64,000 nt of DNA. It comes from Pseudomonadota bacterium (GTDB lineage Bacteria; Pseudomonadota; Gammaproteobacteria; GCA-001735895). The DNA lies in assembly GCA_022566015.1 (NCBI GenBank), contig JADFJT010000001.1, positions 29,143-93,142 on the forward strand, written 5' to 3'. The translations under genes and the position numbers were made by a program. Shown one piece after another: positions 1-9,156 of this stretch. Positions within the stretch are counted from its first letter, which is position 1. Every line of letters starts with the position of its first letter. The notes under the pieces are model-generated. The model made no database searches, had not been told where the DNA came from, and worked only from the letters and a program-made list of their open reading frames with translations.

Positions 1-120
1 CTTACCGTCGATCTTCATCGCTGGCGGCGAGCCTGTGGTAATAAACAAGTCCGAACCTTCCTTGCTCACCATCATGCGCAATAAGTCATGCATGAAATTT
101 ATTGCCTTGCTACGATCCAT
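1..120 (-). CDS. pilU: Type IV pilus retraction ATPase PilU, N-terminal 40 codons; the gene runs off the window start
   Basis: Reverse-complement of 1-120 translates to MDRSKAINFMHDLLRMMVSKEGSDLFITTGSPPAMKIDGK, a typical PilU N-terminus, immediately downstream of pilT on the same strand. Confidence 0.7.
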   Translation of the reverse strand, partial: MDRSKAINFMHDLLRMMVSKEGSDLFITTGSPPAMKIDGK

Positions 121-150
121 AACCTGCCCTCAGTATAGGTCCTTACGCCG

Positions 151-1185
151 TTACAACGCATCGGGATTTGAAGCCTTTCGCATCGCCTCGTCTTTCGCTA
201 TCACGCCCTGGGCGAGCAGGGCTTTCAAATTTTGGTCCAGTGTTTGCATACCGACATTCTGACCGGTCTGAATTGCCGAGTACATTTGCGCTATCTTGTC
301 CTCACGAATAAGATTGCGAATCGCCGGGGTGCCAATCATGATTTCGTGCGCGGCCACCCGCCCGCCGCCTATTTTTTTCATTAGGGTTTGCGCAATAACC
401 GCCTTCAACGACTCCGATAACATCGACCTGACCATCGATTTCTCGCCTCCCGGAAACACATCGACGATACGGTCGATTGTTTTGGCTGCCGAACTGGTAT
501 GTAGCGTACCGAATACCAGGTGGCCGGTTTCGGCAGCGGTTAACGCCAGGCGTATAGTTTCCAGGTCACGCATCTCGCCTACCAGTATCGTATCCGGATC
601 TTCGCGTAACGCCGACCGCAGGGCCTCGTTAAAGCCAAGGGTATCGCGATGCACCTCGCGCTGATTTACCAGACATTTTTTACTTTCGTGCACGAATTCG
701 ATTGGATCCTCCACCGTAAGGATATGGCCATATTCGGTATCATTTTTATAATCGACCATGGCTGCCAGGGTCGTCGACTTACCCGACCCTGTTGGTCCGG
801 TGACAAGCACGATCCCTCGAGGGTACTCGGATATCTGCTGGAAAATCTTGGGTGCACCCAGGTCCTCCAGGCTCAGAATTTTCGATGGAATGGTTCTAAA
901 AACCCCACCGGCGCCACGGTTGTGATTGAAAGCATTGACGCGAAATCTGGCGAGCCCTGGTATTTCGAACGAAAAGTCGGTTTCCCAGTATTCCTCATAG
1001 TCCTTACGTTGCTTATCACTCATGATGTCGTAAATCATGTCGTGCACCTGCTTGTGGTCCATTTCGGGCACGTTGATCCTGCGAATATCCCCGTCTACAC
1101 GAATCATTGGCGGCAGGCCGGCTGAGAGATGCAAATCTGACGCACCCTGTTTAACACCGAAGGCTAACAATTGAGATATATCCAT
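151..1185 (-). CDS. pilT: Twitching motility ATPase PilT
   Basis: 344 aa with Walker A GPTGSGKST, the AIRNLIRE motif and a PilT-length full protein. Confidence 0.92.
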   Translation of the reverse strand: MDISQLLAFGVKQGASDLHLSAGLPPMIRVDGDIRRINVPEMDHKQVHDMIYDIMSDKQRKDYEEYWETDFSFEIPGLARFRVNAFNHNRGAGGVFRTIPSKILSLEDLGAPKIFQQISEYPRGIVLVTGPTGSGKSTTLAAMVDYKNDTEYGHILTVEDPIEFVHESKKCLVNQREVHRDTLGFNEALRSALREDPDTILVGEMRDLETIRLALTAAETGHLVFGTLHTSSAAKTIDRIVDVFPGGEKSMVRSMLSESLKAVIAQTLMKKIGGGRVAAHEIMIGTPAIRNLIREDKIAQMYSAIQTGQNVGMQTLDQNLKALLAQGVIAKDEAMRKASNPDAL

Positions 1186-1344
1186 GAAAGATCCTAAAAG
1201 TATTGTTAATTCGTATTGATAAAACTACCACTACCGTCTGTTTAACTGGCTATAACCGACATATAATCGATCCATATTCGGCGTAACCGTAATTAAAATC
1301 AACTGTCTGGCGACACTGACGATAGCCAAACTATAGCAAAACCT

Positions 1345-2028
1345 ATGCAGAACATCGAAAAAAATCTTAATAAGGTCCGCAATAATATAGCTCATTTGGC
1401 CAGACGCTACCGACGTGACCCAAAAGATATATCCTTACTGGCGGTCAGCAAGAAAAAATCCGCACAGGATATCCGTACAGCCTACTCTGCTTTGCAAATT
1501 AATTTCGGCGAAAACTACCTGCAGGAAGCACGGCAAAAAATGCTCGAACTTTCGGACCTAGAAATTACCTGGCATTTCATCGGCGCAATTCAGTCGAATA
1601 AAACAAGGATAATTGCCGAACACTTCGACTGGGCACACTGCATCGATCGCCTCAAGATTGCACAACGATTAAACGAGCAGAGACCTGACTCGATGGCACC
1701 AATCAATGTTTGTATCCAGGTCAACATCGACCTTGAGACCAGCAAATCGGGTGTCGGATTGGAACAGGTCGCATCACTTGCCGAACAAATAAACAATTTA
1801 CCCAGAGTCCGATTACGTGGTTTGATGGCCATTCCAGCACCCCATGAAGAGCTGGAATCTCAACGGAAACCTTTTGCCAGACTCCGTCATGAACTGACGT
1901 TACTGAACCAAAACGGCCTCGACTGCAATACACTCTCGATAGGCATGAGCCACGATATGGAAGCAGCGATTGCAGAAGGTTCAACTCTGGTTAGAATAGG
2001 TACCGCTATTTTCGGGGAAAGACTTTGA
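1345..2028 (+). CDS. yggS: PLP-binding homeostasis protein YggS (alanine-racemase-fold family)
   Basis: 227 aa; has the conserved lysine region LLAVSKKK and sits in the pilT-yggS-proC-yggT synteny. Confidence 0.85.
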   Translation: MQNIEKNLNKVRNNIAHLARRYRRDPKDISLLAVSKKKSAQDIRTAYSALQINFGENYLQEARQKMLELSDLEITWHFIGAIQSNKTRIIAEHFDWAHCIDRLKIAQRLNEQRPDSMAPINVCIQVNIDLETSKSGVGLEQVASLAEQINNLPRVRLRGLMAIPAPHEELESQRKPFARLRHELTLLNQNGLDCNTLSIGMSHDMEAAIAEGSTLVRIGTAIFGERL

Positions 2029-2846
2029 CTCAACATTTGTGTTTTATTGGCGGTGGCAATATGGCTAGCAGCTTAATCGGCGGCCTGGTAGCCAATGACT
2101 ACGACGCCGCGTGTATTACAGCCTGCGATATCGATACAGTTAAACTAGAAATGCTTGCCGACAGATTTGGGATTTCCACTTCTGCCGATAGTCACGCAGC
2201 AGCGCGCGAAGCGAATGTCGTGATACTGGCGGTAAAACCACAGGTCATGCAGCAAGTATGTGAACACCTGGCTGGAGTCGATAACGGATTTGACTGCCTC
2301 TACATCAGCATTGCCGCTGGAATTCGCGAGCAGGAAATTAATCGCTGGCTGGGGGGCAATCGAGCAGTGGTTCGTTGTATGCCCAATACGCCTGCCTTGA
2401 TTCGGCTTGGTGCCACCGGCATGTTCGCCAATTCGCGAGTAAGTAACGAGCAAAAACAATTAGCCGAGGACATACTAACCGCAGTCGGCATTGCCCTGTG
2501 GGTCGATCAGGAAAGTGAACTCGATGCGGTGACAGCAATTTCAGGCAGTGGTCCAGCGTATTTTTTTTATTTTATAGAGTTACTACAGCAGGCTGGCACG
2601 AAACTGGGACTGAAGAAAAATACTGCACGGCTACTGGCACTGCAAACTGCTTTGGGCGCTGCATCGATGGCACAAAATGGCGATGTAGTAGAACTTCGCA
2701 AGCAGGTCACTTCAAAAAAAGGTACCACCGAACAGGCTATATCGTCGTTTCAACACAGCGATTTAGCATCGGTGATTAACAGGGCAACTAAGGCCGCAAA
2801 TGATCGCTCAAAGGAATTAGGCGAAGAATTTAGCCAACAAATATAA
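2025..2846 (+). CDS. proC: Pyrroline-5-carboxylate reductase
   Basis: 273 aa; N-terminal Rossmann motif IGGGNMASSLIGGL and overall ProC-like sequence; 4-nt overlap with yggS. Confidence 0.88.
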   Translation: MTQHLCFIGGGNMASSLIGGLVANDYDAACITACDIDTVKLEMLADRFGISTSADSHAAAREANVVILAVKPQVMQQVCEHLAGVDNGFDCLYISIAAGIREQEINRWLGGNRAVVRCMPNTPALIRLGATGMFANSRVSNEQKQLAEDILTAVGIALWVDQESELDAVTAISGSGPAYFFYFIELLQQAGTKLGLKKNTARLLALQTALGAASMAQNGDVVELRKQVTSKKGTTEQAISSFQHSDLASVINRATKAANDRSKELGEEFSQQI

Positions 2847-2864
2847 ATTAGAGACGAGTCTAAT

Positions 2865-3476
2865 ATGGGTTCAAATTACTTAGTATCTCCAGTAACGCTT
2901 ATCATCAATACCCTTTTTGATATGTATATCCTGCTGGTATTTTTGAGGTTTCTGCTACAGATTCTGCGAGCCGACTTTTACAATCCGGTATCGCAGTTCA
3001 TCGTCAAATTAACCTCAGCACCGCTTACAATGCTACGCCGTTTTATCCCCAGCATATCGGGCCAGGATACTTCGCCAATTGTGTTGTGCCTTGGCCTGAT
3101 TTATCTCAAATTTATTCTGTTACGGCTGCTGGATATTCCAGCCATATCGATTGGTAGCGCGGTCGCCCCAATTGGTAGTGTGGGTTATATCGGCCTTTTC
3201 ATTTATTGCATTGCCGACCTGGTATCACTGACCCTGACTATATTTTTAATCGCGATTATCATACAGGTGATTATGAGCTGGATAAGCCCCGGCCGGTACA
3301 ACCCGATCATCGGCCTGGTGAATACACTAGCAGCACCTGCGCTGCGGCCCGTTCGAAAAATCATTCCTGCTATCGGTGGACTCGATTTATCACCTATTTT
3401 TGCCATCCTATTGATCATGGTCGCCAAGCTCCTCGTCATACCGCCCATTATTTATTTAGGGAGCCTGTTATATTAG
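2865..3476 (+). CDS. yggT: YggT-family integral membrane protein
   Basis: 203 aa hydrophobic protein with duplicated YGGT-like halves, conserved downstream of proC. Confidence 0.75.
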   Translation: MGSNYLVSPVTLIINTLFDMYILLVFLRFLLQILRADFYNPVSQFIVKLTSAPLTMLRRFIPSISGQDTSPIVLCLGLIYLKFILLRLLDIPAISIGSAVAPIGSVGYIGLFIYCIADLVSLTLTIFLIAIIIQVIMSWISPGRYNPIIGLVNTLAAPALRPVRKIIPAIGGLDLSPIFAILLIMVAKLLVIPPIIYLGSLLY

Positions 3477-3657
3477 GGAACCTCTGAACAATTCGTCCTG
3501 AATTCCCAGAAGGCGTAAAATGAAAAATGTGATTTTCATTTTCCTTTCAAAATCAATACCTTGTAGTTATCGATTTTGGTGGCACATCCATGTACCACGA
3601 AAGTTCTGAATTAATCAGAGTTTCCTCAGGGTGCCTCAAAAGTTCCCTGTGCCATGA

Positions 3658-4110
3658 TTAGATGGCCATTTCCTCGGCCTTGTGCCGTGCCTGGATAAAT
3701 GATTTATGCGAGACATACAGGAGATCGGCAATCTGGCGAATTAAATGTTCTTCGTAATGGTCCTTAACCCCATCCGCGTACACCACTTGCCACATCATTT
3801 CTATCACGCGTATTTTCATCTCTTCGTCAAAATGCTCATTCAGCAAACGCGTAACATGTTGTAGCGACACCAAATCGTCCGCGTTTTTTCGCGCCTGTTG
3901 CATTAATTCATCCAGTTCGTTCTCACTCAGGTTAAAATGCTGAGATAGCAACAGCCTCATGTGTGTGATTTCGGAGTCCAGTTCCTGAAAATCCGCACGA
4001 CTCACTTCAATTAATAAAGTGGCCGTCGATAGACGCAATACATGCTCTCGGTCAAACTGCGGTGGTTGCACAGAATCAGACTGGAATAATTTTTTTAGTA
4101 CAGATATCAA
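3658..4110 (-). CDS. TerB-family (tellurite-resistance-like) protein
   Basis: 150 aa acidic helical protein resembling TerB / DjlA-N-terminal-like domains. Confidence 0.45.
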   Translation of the reverse strand: MISVLKKLFQSDSVQPPQFDREHVLRLSTATLLIEVSRADFQELDSEITHMRLLLSQHFNLSENELDELMQQARKNADDLVSLQHVTRLLNEHFDEEMKIRVIEMMWQVVYADGVKDHYEEHLIRQIADLLYVSHKSFIQARHKAEEMAI

Positions 4111-4222
4111 GGCTTAAATCCCCCCGCTAATTTCATAGTTACAAGCGATTATAACTTAAACTTTAATTGAAATACTTGTCATATTGTGCAGAATCGGCAC
4201 GACATTTCTAAACCCCGCTGTT

Positions 4223-5143
4223 ATGACCTTAACCGAATTACGCTATATCGTAGCCGTATCAAAAAAAAATCACTTCGGCAAAGCGGCGCAGGCCTGTTTC
4301 GTTAGTCAACCAACGCTCAGTATAGCAATCAAAAAACTAGAGGAGGGACTCGGCGTACGCCTATTTGAACGCAGTTCGAAGAACGAAATACAAATCACCG
4401 AAATTGGCCTGCAAGTGATCGAACAGGCTTTAATTGTACTCCAGCAAGTACAAATACTGAACGAGATCGCACAACAGGGAAAAGACCCGCTTTCCGGTCA
4501 ATTCAGGCTCGGTGTTATCTATACTATCGGACCCTACCTGCTGCCCGCATTGATACCGGGTCTTACCAGGAGCGCGCCAAATCTGCGGCTCATCATCGAA
4601 GAAAATTTTACTGCCAATCTATTTCAATCACTAAAGCAGGGAGCGCTCGACGCAATTATTATCGCCTATCCGTTCGAAGAACCCGGTATCGAGACCGCAG
4701 CCTTATACCGGGAGCCTTTTATTGTCGCATTACCAAAAAATCACGAGTGGAAAGATCGAGAATTTATACCTCCCGAAGATCTCGCCTCGCAAGATCTGAT
4801 GCTATTGGGTGCGGGTCACTGTTTCAGAGATCAGGTTATCGAGGCCTGCCCCAACTGCATGTCGGGCAGTAGCGAATTAACGCGAACCTTTGAAGGGGGT
4901 TCGCTGGAAACTATCCGGCACATGGTCGCAGCTGGCACCGGCATAACGGTATTACCTCGTACTAGCGTCCTAAATGATTCGCTAAATTCTGGGCTGATTC
5001 AAATTAAACCGTTTGAGCCGCCCTCTCCAGCGCGAACCGTTGCGATAGCCTGGCGGAAGCATTTCCCGCGTGCAAAGGCAGTACAAACCATTAAAGACAC
5101 TATACAAAGCTGCTCCCTGGATGGGGTGGAAATAATTCAGTAG
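4223..5143 (+). CDS. oxyR: LysR-family transcriptional regulator, OxyR-like
   Basis: HTH FGKAAQACFVSQPTLSIAIKKLE; the redox Cys pair context GAGHCFRDQVIEACPNCM...SLETIRHMVAAGTGITVLP closely parallels OxyR C199/C208. The ORF opens at 4184 but the likely ATG is 4223. Confidence 0.65.
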   Translation: MTLTELRYIVAVSKKNHFGKAAQACFVSQPTLSIAIKKLEEGLGVRLFERSSKNEIQITEIGLQVIEQALIVLQQVQILNEIAQQGKDPLSGQFRLGVIYTIGPYLLPALIPGLTRSAPNLRLIIEENFTANLFQSLKQGALDAIIIAYPFEEPGIETAALYREPFIVALPKNHEWKDREFIPPEDLASQDLMLLGAGHCFRDQVIEACPNCMSGSSELTRTFEGGSLETIRHMVAAGTGITVLPRTSVLNDSLNSGLIQIKPFEPPSPARTVAIAWRKHFPRAKAVQTIKDTIQSCSLDGVEIIQ

Positions 5144-5240
5144 GATAAGGATATAATATCGATAATGAAGATATTGAACCAGAGCAACTGCTATTTTACC
5201 TACTATACTATTGCCATCAAATTAAGTTTTATGGTTCGAC

Positions 5241-5712
5241 GTGGCAAGTTCCGGGCACCCGCAAAAAATAGACCGATTTATTATTAACCAGGTTCTTGGA
5301 CGAGGCGCACAAGGTGTAGTCTACCTGGCAACAGATCCTGATCTAAATCGGAAGGTTGCTATTAAGGCATTGCATTTAAGCAATGAACTAAAGCGACAGG
5401 ATAATCAGGAATTTCTCCATCCCCCTCGCCTACCAGGCGGATGTATTTCATATCTCATTCAAAAATAATGTCGATATTCAAATTAAAGATTCGCAGGACG
5501 AGAATATCAGGGGAAAAATTCCACAGTGGTACCATGAGGAAATTGGGGCCAAGGGATTTACCATATTTCCTATCATCATCAAGCACTCTCCAATAGCGAT
5601 GATCTACATAGATGGTGCCGACGGTGCCACCATATCGCTAACCGATAATCAGCTTGGTTTAATCAAAACATTACGTAACCAGGCGATCCTGGCCATCAAA
5701 AACCTGCAATAA
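5241..5712 (+). pseudogene. Remnant of a Ser/Thr protein kinase with GAF domain
   Basis: The 75-aa ORF holds only Hanks subdomains I-II (GRGAQGVVY...VAIKAL) and then stops. A different frame (5404-5712) holds a GAF-domain C-terminal fragment (...GFTIFPIIIKHSPIAMIYIDGADGATISLTDNQLGLIKTLRNQAILAIKNLQ). Confidence 0.5.
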
Positions 5713-5815
5713 ATCACCCGTGTCGCATACTGAATGAAGTAAAAAACCTACTGCTTCTGGATAAGGATGAATATTTTGTTGTAGAATTGTACACCATCAT
5801 TTAAATGACCAATTT

Positions 5816-6091
5816 ATGACCAGAGTAATCGTATATAGCACGGGCACATGCCCAATTTGTGACAAGACGAAAAGCTTACTCGGCAAATGGAATATTGATT
5901 ACGCCGAACGGCGAATCGACACCGACGAGGCAATACGTGAAGAATTTAACCAGGCCACTCAAGGTGCCCGGATGGTACCCCAGATACTCATCGATGGTAA
6001 GCTAATTGGTGGATTCTCGGAGTTAACCGAATTACATATGGACGGCGATCTAGATCATCTGATGGCGGAATTCCAGGGAACTTCTGATTAA
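5816..6091 (+). CDS. grxC: Glutaredoxin (CPIC active site)
   Basis: 91 aa: VVYSTGTCPICDKTKSLL...GGFSEL, matching the Grx3-like fold and motifs. Confidence 0.8.
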   Translation: MTRVIVYSTGTCPICDKTKSLLGKWNIDYAERRIDTDEAIREEFNQATQGARMVPQILIDGKLIGGFSELTELHMDGDLDHLMAEFQGTSD

Positions 6092-6095
6092 CAGT

Positions 6096-6431
6096 ATGGC
6101 TAAAAAGAAATCCACATTTCGCATTCAGTTCCATAATAATAATCGAATATATGAACTCTATGCTCACGAAGTCAGCCAGTCAGAAATGGCGGGGTTTATC
6201 GAGGTGGGAGGGATAATATTTGGCGAACATTCCAAACTATTGATCGACCCAGCCGAAGAAAAGCTCAAGAATGAGTTTGGCGATGTAAAGCATACCTATA
6301 TTCCGCATCATTCGATTATCCGAATCGATGAAGTTGATCGAAGCGGCAAGAACCGTATTCTCGAAACCGACGGATCGACTGTAACCAGTTTCCCTGGGCC
6401 CGCTATCATTCCTCAAAAAAAAGATCGCTGA
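6096..6431 (+). CDS. Small conserved hypothetical protein (DUF1820-like)
   Basis: 111-aa ORF starting 4 nt after grx; lysine-rich N-terminus; no catalytic motifs recognised. Confidence 0.4.
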   Translation: MAKKKSTFRIQFHNNNRIYELYAHEVSQSEMAGFIEVGGIIFGEHSKLLIDPAEEKLKNEFGDVKHTYIPHHSIIRIDEVDRSGKNRILETDGSTVTSFPGPAIIPQKKDR

Positions 6432-6441
6432 CCAAAAATCG

Positions 6442-7296
6442 ATGAAAATTTCGGTTATCATCCCTAGCTATAACCGAATACACACGCTCATCCGGGCGAT
6501 TGATTCGGTATTAGGCCAGGACAGTCCGGTTGACGAAATTATTGTTGTCGACGATGGTTCGAATGACGGTACTGCGGGGCAGATTTCTCAACTCTACCCA
6601 ACCCTCAGGTTGATTCAGCAGCCCAATCGAGGCGTCAGCGCCGCGAGGAATGCCGGAATTAATCAAGCTTGTCATGCGTGGATAGCATTACTCGATTCGG
6701 ACGATAGCTGGATGCCTGGTAAAATAGCCCAAATTCGTCAGGCCCAGAATCGGCATCCTGAAATCCGCCTGTTTCATTCCGACGAAATCTGGATCAGAAA
6801 TGGTGTAAGAGTCAACGCGATGAAAAAACACCTCAAGACCGGTGGCTGGATATTCGAGCGCTGCCTTCCCCGGTGTGTCATCTCTCCATCGTCTGTAGTT
6901 TTACATCGATCACTGTTACAGTCGGTCGGTCTGTTCGATGAGTCACTGCCTGCCTGTGAGGATTACGACCTGTGGTTAAGAGTCTGCCATCAGTACCCGG
7001 TACACTATATTGACCGCCCGCTTATTACCAAATATGGTGGCCACAAGGACCAGCTTTCAAAACAATATTGGGGAATCGATCGATTTCGTATCCATTCGAT
7101 ACACCGCCTGCTACAACAGGGTGAACTAAGCGAATCTGACTACGCCGTTGCGATGTCCACGTTGATCGGCAAACTCGAAATACTGTTAAAAGGCGCTAAG
7201 AAACACCGCAATGAGAAAATCATTGCCGAATTCATGCCCATGCTGGAAACCAGCCTACAGTCGACCCGCAAGCAAACGGTTCCTGTTCTGTGTTAG
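6442..7296 (+). CDS. Family 2 glycosyltransferase
   Basis: VIIPSYNR...VVDDGSNDGT...LDSDD motifs typical of the GT-A fold GT2. Confidence 0.85.
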   Translation: MKISVIIPSYNRIHTLIRAIDSVLGQDSPVDEIIVVDDGSNDGTAGQISQLYPTLRLIQQPNRGVSAARNAGINQACHAWIALLDSDDSWMPGKIAQIRQAQNRHPEIRLFHSDEIWIRNGVRVNAMKKHLKTGGWIFERCLPRCVISPSSVVLHRSLLQSVGLFDESLPACEDYDLWLRVCHQYPVHYIDRPLITKYGGHKDQLSKQYWGIDRFRIHSIHRLLQQGELSESDYAVAMSTLIGKLEILLKGAKKHRNEKIIAEFMPMLETSLQSTRKQTVPVLC

Positions 7297-8099
7297 TTTG
7301 GGTAGCGGCCATGCATTGCGAGGCAAAACCGGTAATCGATTATTACCGACTGAAAAAATCTCAGGTCGAACATGGTTTTGACCTGTACCATAGCGATCAC
7401 ATGTTATGCATTATCAGCGGCATCGGAAAAACCGCTGTCGCAGCCGCGTGCGCCTGGGTAGCGGCGCTCTATCGAGAGCAAACTTCACTCGCCTGGTTTA
7501 ACATCGGAATAGCGGGTGCGGCGGACGCTCCTATCGGTACTGCTTTCTGGGTAAACAAGATTACCGACTATGAGTCGAAGCGTAGTTATTATCCTGTTCC
7601 TTTAATCGAAACATCTTTGAAGCCAGTCCACTGCATGACACTCAATCAGGCCAGTAGTGAGTATCTACCGCAGCTTCTGTTCGACATGGAAGCAAGTGCC
7701 TTTTTTGTGACTGCAACCCGATTCAGCAGTGCCGAACTAGTACAGTGCGTCAAGATCGTAAGCGACAATCTTACGCAGCAAACTGGCCTTGATAAATCCC
7801 GCATCAGCCAGCTAATCGCTCAAAATATTGAGTCTTTGGCCGAAATATCCGAATCGCTGCAAGCACTCGACAAACTGGTCTCAGCCAATAAAATCGACGA
7901 TTCAGACTGGCAAAAATTCGTCCAACGGGCTCATTTCAGCCAAACTCAAAAGAGCCAGCTCAGGAAATCAATACAGTTTTTAATGAGTCAGGACTACGAC
8001 ACCGAAAAATTAACCAGAGAAATTTCCGGGTGTTTGTCCAGTAAAGCGATCATTGCTCACCTAAAGCAATTATGCCTGCAGGCCAGCCAGAACCTTTGA
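7290..8099 (+). CDS. Purine-nucleoside-phosphorylase / MTA-SAH-nucleosidase-family domain protein with a ~110-aa C-terminal extension
   Basis: ISGIGKTAVAAACAWVAAL, NIGIAGAA, DMEASAF and VKIVSDN align with the Pfs/MTAN motifs SGIGKVAAA, NTGSAGG, EMEATA and RAISD. The C-terminal ~110 aa has no recognisable domain. It overlaps the GT2 stop. Confidence 0.6.
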   Translation: MLVWVAAMHCEAKPVIDYYRLKKSQVEHGFDLYHSDHMLCIISGIGKTAVAAACAWVAALYREQTSLAWFNIGIAGAADAPIGTAFWVNKITDYESKRSYYPVPLIETSLKPVHCMTLNQASSEYLPQLLFDMEASAFFVTATRFSSAELVQCVKIVSDNLTQQTGLDKSRISQLIAQNIESLAEISESLQALDKLVSANKIDDSDWQKFVQRAHFSQTQKSQLRKSIQFLMSQDYDTEKLTREISGCLSSKAIIAHLKQLCLQASQNL

Positions 8100-8101
8100 G
8101 C

Positions 8102-9100
8102 ATGGTCAGCTGCGTTTATATCGAAACCGGCGTCTGCCATCACCAGCGCACACGCGATATCAGCAAGCGCATGAAAAACACCCCCGTTGTCGAGATTGGC
8201 CATTATGGAGAGGTTTTCAATCCGCGCGCGCAGAATTTTCGCCTGCAAAAACTCAACTCGGCGCTAATCATTGCGGGCAAACAGAATCGTCGAGTGCTGC
8301 CGGTGCCCGTAGGTTACGGGCTCGGTGGACGACACAATTATTACTTTTCACACATGCTCAACTGTATGTACGATTGCCGATATTGTTTTTTGCAGGGAAT
8401 GTATTCATCCGCACACCAGGTAATCTTCGTCAACTACGAAGATTTTGCGGCTGACATTTCAAATATCGCCGCGCATCACGGTACCGATCCAGTGTGGTTT
8501 TTTTCTGGCTACGACTGCGATAGTCTAGCCTACGAACCCGTCACCCATTTTGCTCAATTTTTTGTTCCAATTTTTGCTCAAATTGACAACGCCTGGTTAG
8601 AACTGCGCACCAAGAGTACGCAGGTTCGGCAATTACTGCGGTTGAAACCCTGCGAACGCGTAATCACCGCGTTTAGCTTTACAGACCAACATAGCCACAA
8701 TAAACTGGAAAAAGGTGTGCCCTCTATCGGCAAACGAATTACTGCGATGCAATCCCTGATCGATTCAGGCTGGCCAGTTGGATTAAGATTTGACCCGATT
8801 ATTTATCACGATAACTATCGCCAGGAATTTGCCCACTTACTCGAAACGATATTCGCCACAATCGACGCCGAAAAACTGCATTCGGTGAGTCTCGGTGCAT
8901 TTCGATTGCCGAAGAGTCACTTTAAGCAAATCAGCAAGCTTTATCCCGACGAGCCCCTGTTTTCACAAAACCTGGTATTAAGCAAGGGTATCGTCAGCTA
9001 TCCACTCGACCAGGAACAGGAATTAATCGATTACTGCCATCAGCAATTATTGCAATTTATTTCACCCGAAATTTATCATCCTTGCATTAGTACCTTTTAA
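8102..9100 (+). CDS. Radical SAM enzyme of the SPL (spore-photoproduct-lyase-like, COG1533) family
   Basis: CxxxCxxC motif CMYDCRYC about 75 aa from the N-terminus and a ~330-aa length. The ORF opens at 8072 but the ATG at 8102 directly follows the upstream stop. Confidence 0.6.
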   Translation: MVSCVYIETGVCHHQRTRDISKRMKNTPVVEIGHYGEVFNPRAQNFRLQKLNSALIIAGKQNRRVLPVPVGYGLGGRHNYYFSHMLNCMYDCRYCFLQGMYSSAHQVIFVNYEDFAADISNIAAHHGTDPVWFFSGYDCDSLAYEPVTHFAQFFVPIFAQIDNAWLELRTKSTQVRQLLRLKPCERVITAFSFTDQHSHNKLEKGVPSIGKRITAMQSLIDSGWPVGLRFDPIIYHDNYRQEFAHLLETIFATIDAEKLHSVSLGAFRLPKSHFKQISKLYPDEPLFSQNLVLSKGIVSYPLDQEQELIDYCHQQLLQFISPEIYHPCISTF

Positions 9101-9156
9101 ATAAAATTATTTCGGATTCAGAGTCGCCGCAGCGAATCAGTGCCAGGCGCTGCTAA

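Noticed and set aside
649-1125. 158-aa plus-strand ORF (and similar ORFs at 296-664 and 666-857) overlapping pilT
   Set aside because: Antisense shadow ORFs inside a strongly supported gene; no motifs.
3519-3543. AT-rich hairpins AAATGAAAA-N6-TTTTCATTT (3519-3543, after yggT) and CTGAAAAT-N9-ATTTTCAG (54813-54837, between the convergent cytochrome and ycgL) as terminators
   Set aside because: The stems are short and AT-rich with poor U-tracts; too weak to call.
6442-9100. Possible identity with hopanoid-associated HpnI (GT2) / HpnG (nucleosidase) / HpnH (radical SAM)
   Set aside because: The domain composition is superficially similar, but there is no squalene-hopene cyclase or other hpn genes in the window. 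The radical SAM is SPL/COG1533-like (motif about 75 aa in, about 330 aa), not HpnH-like, and the nucleosidase has a foreign C-terminal extension. I treat the cassette as unassigned.
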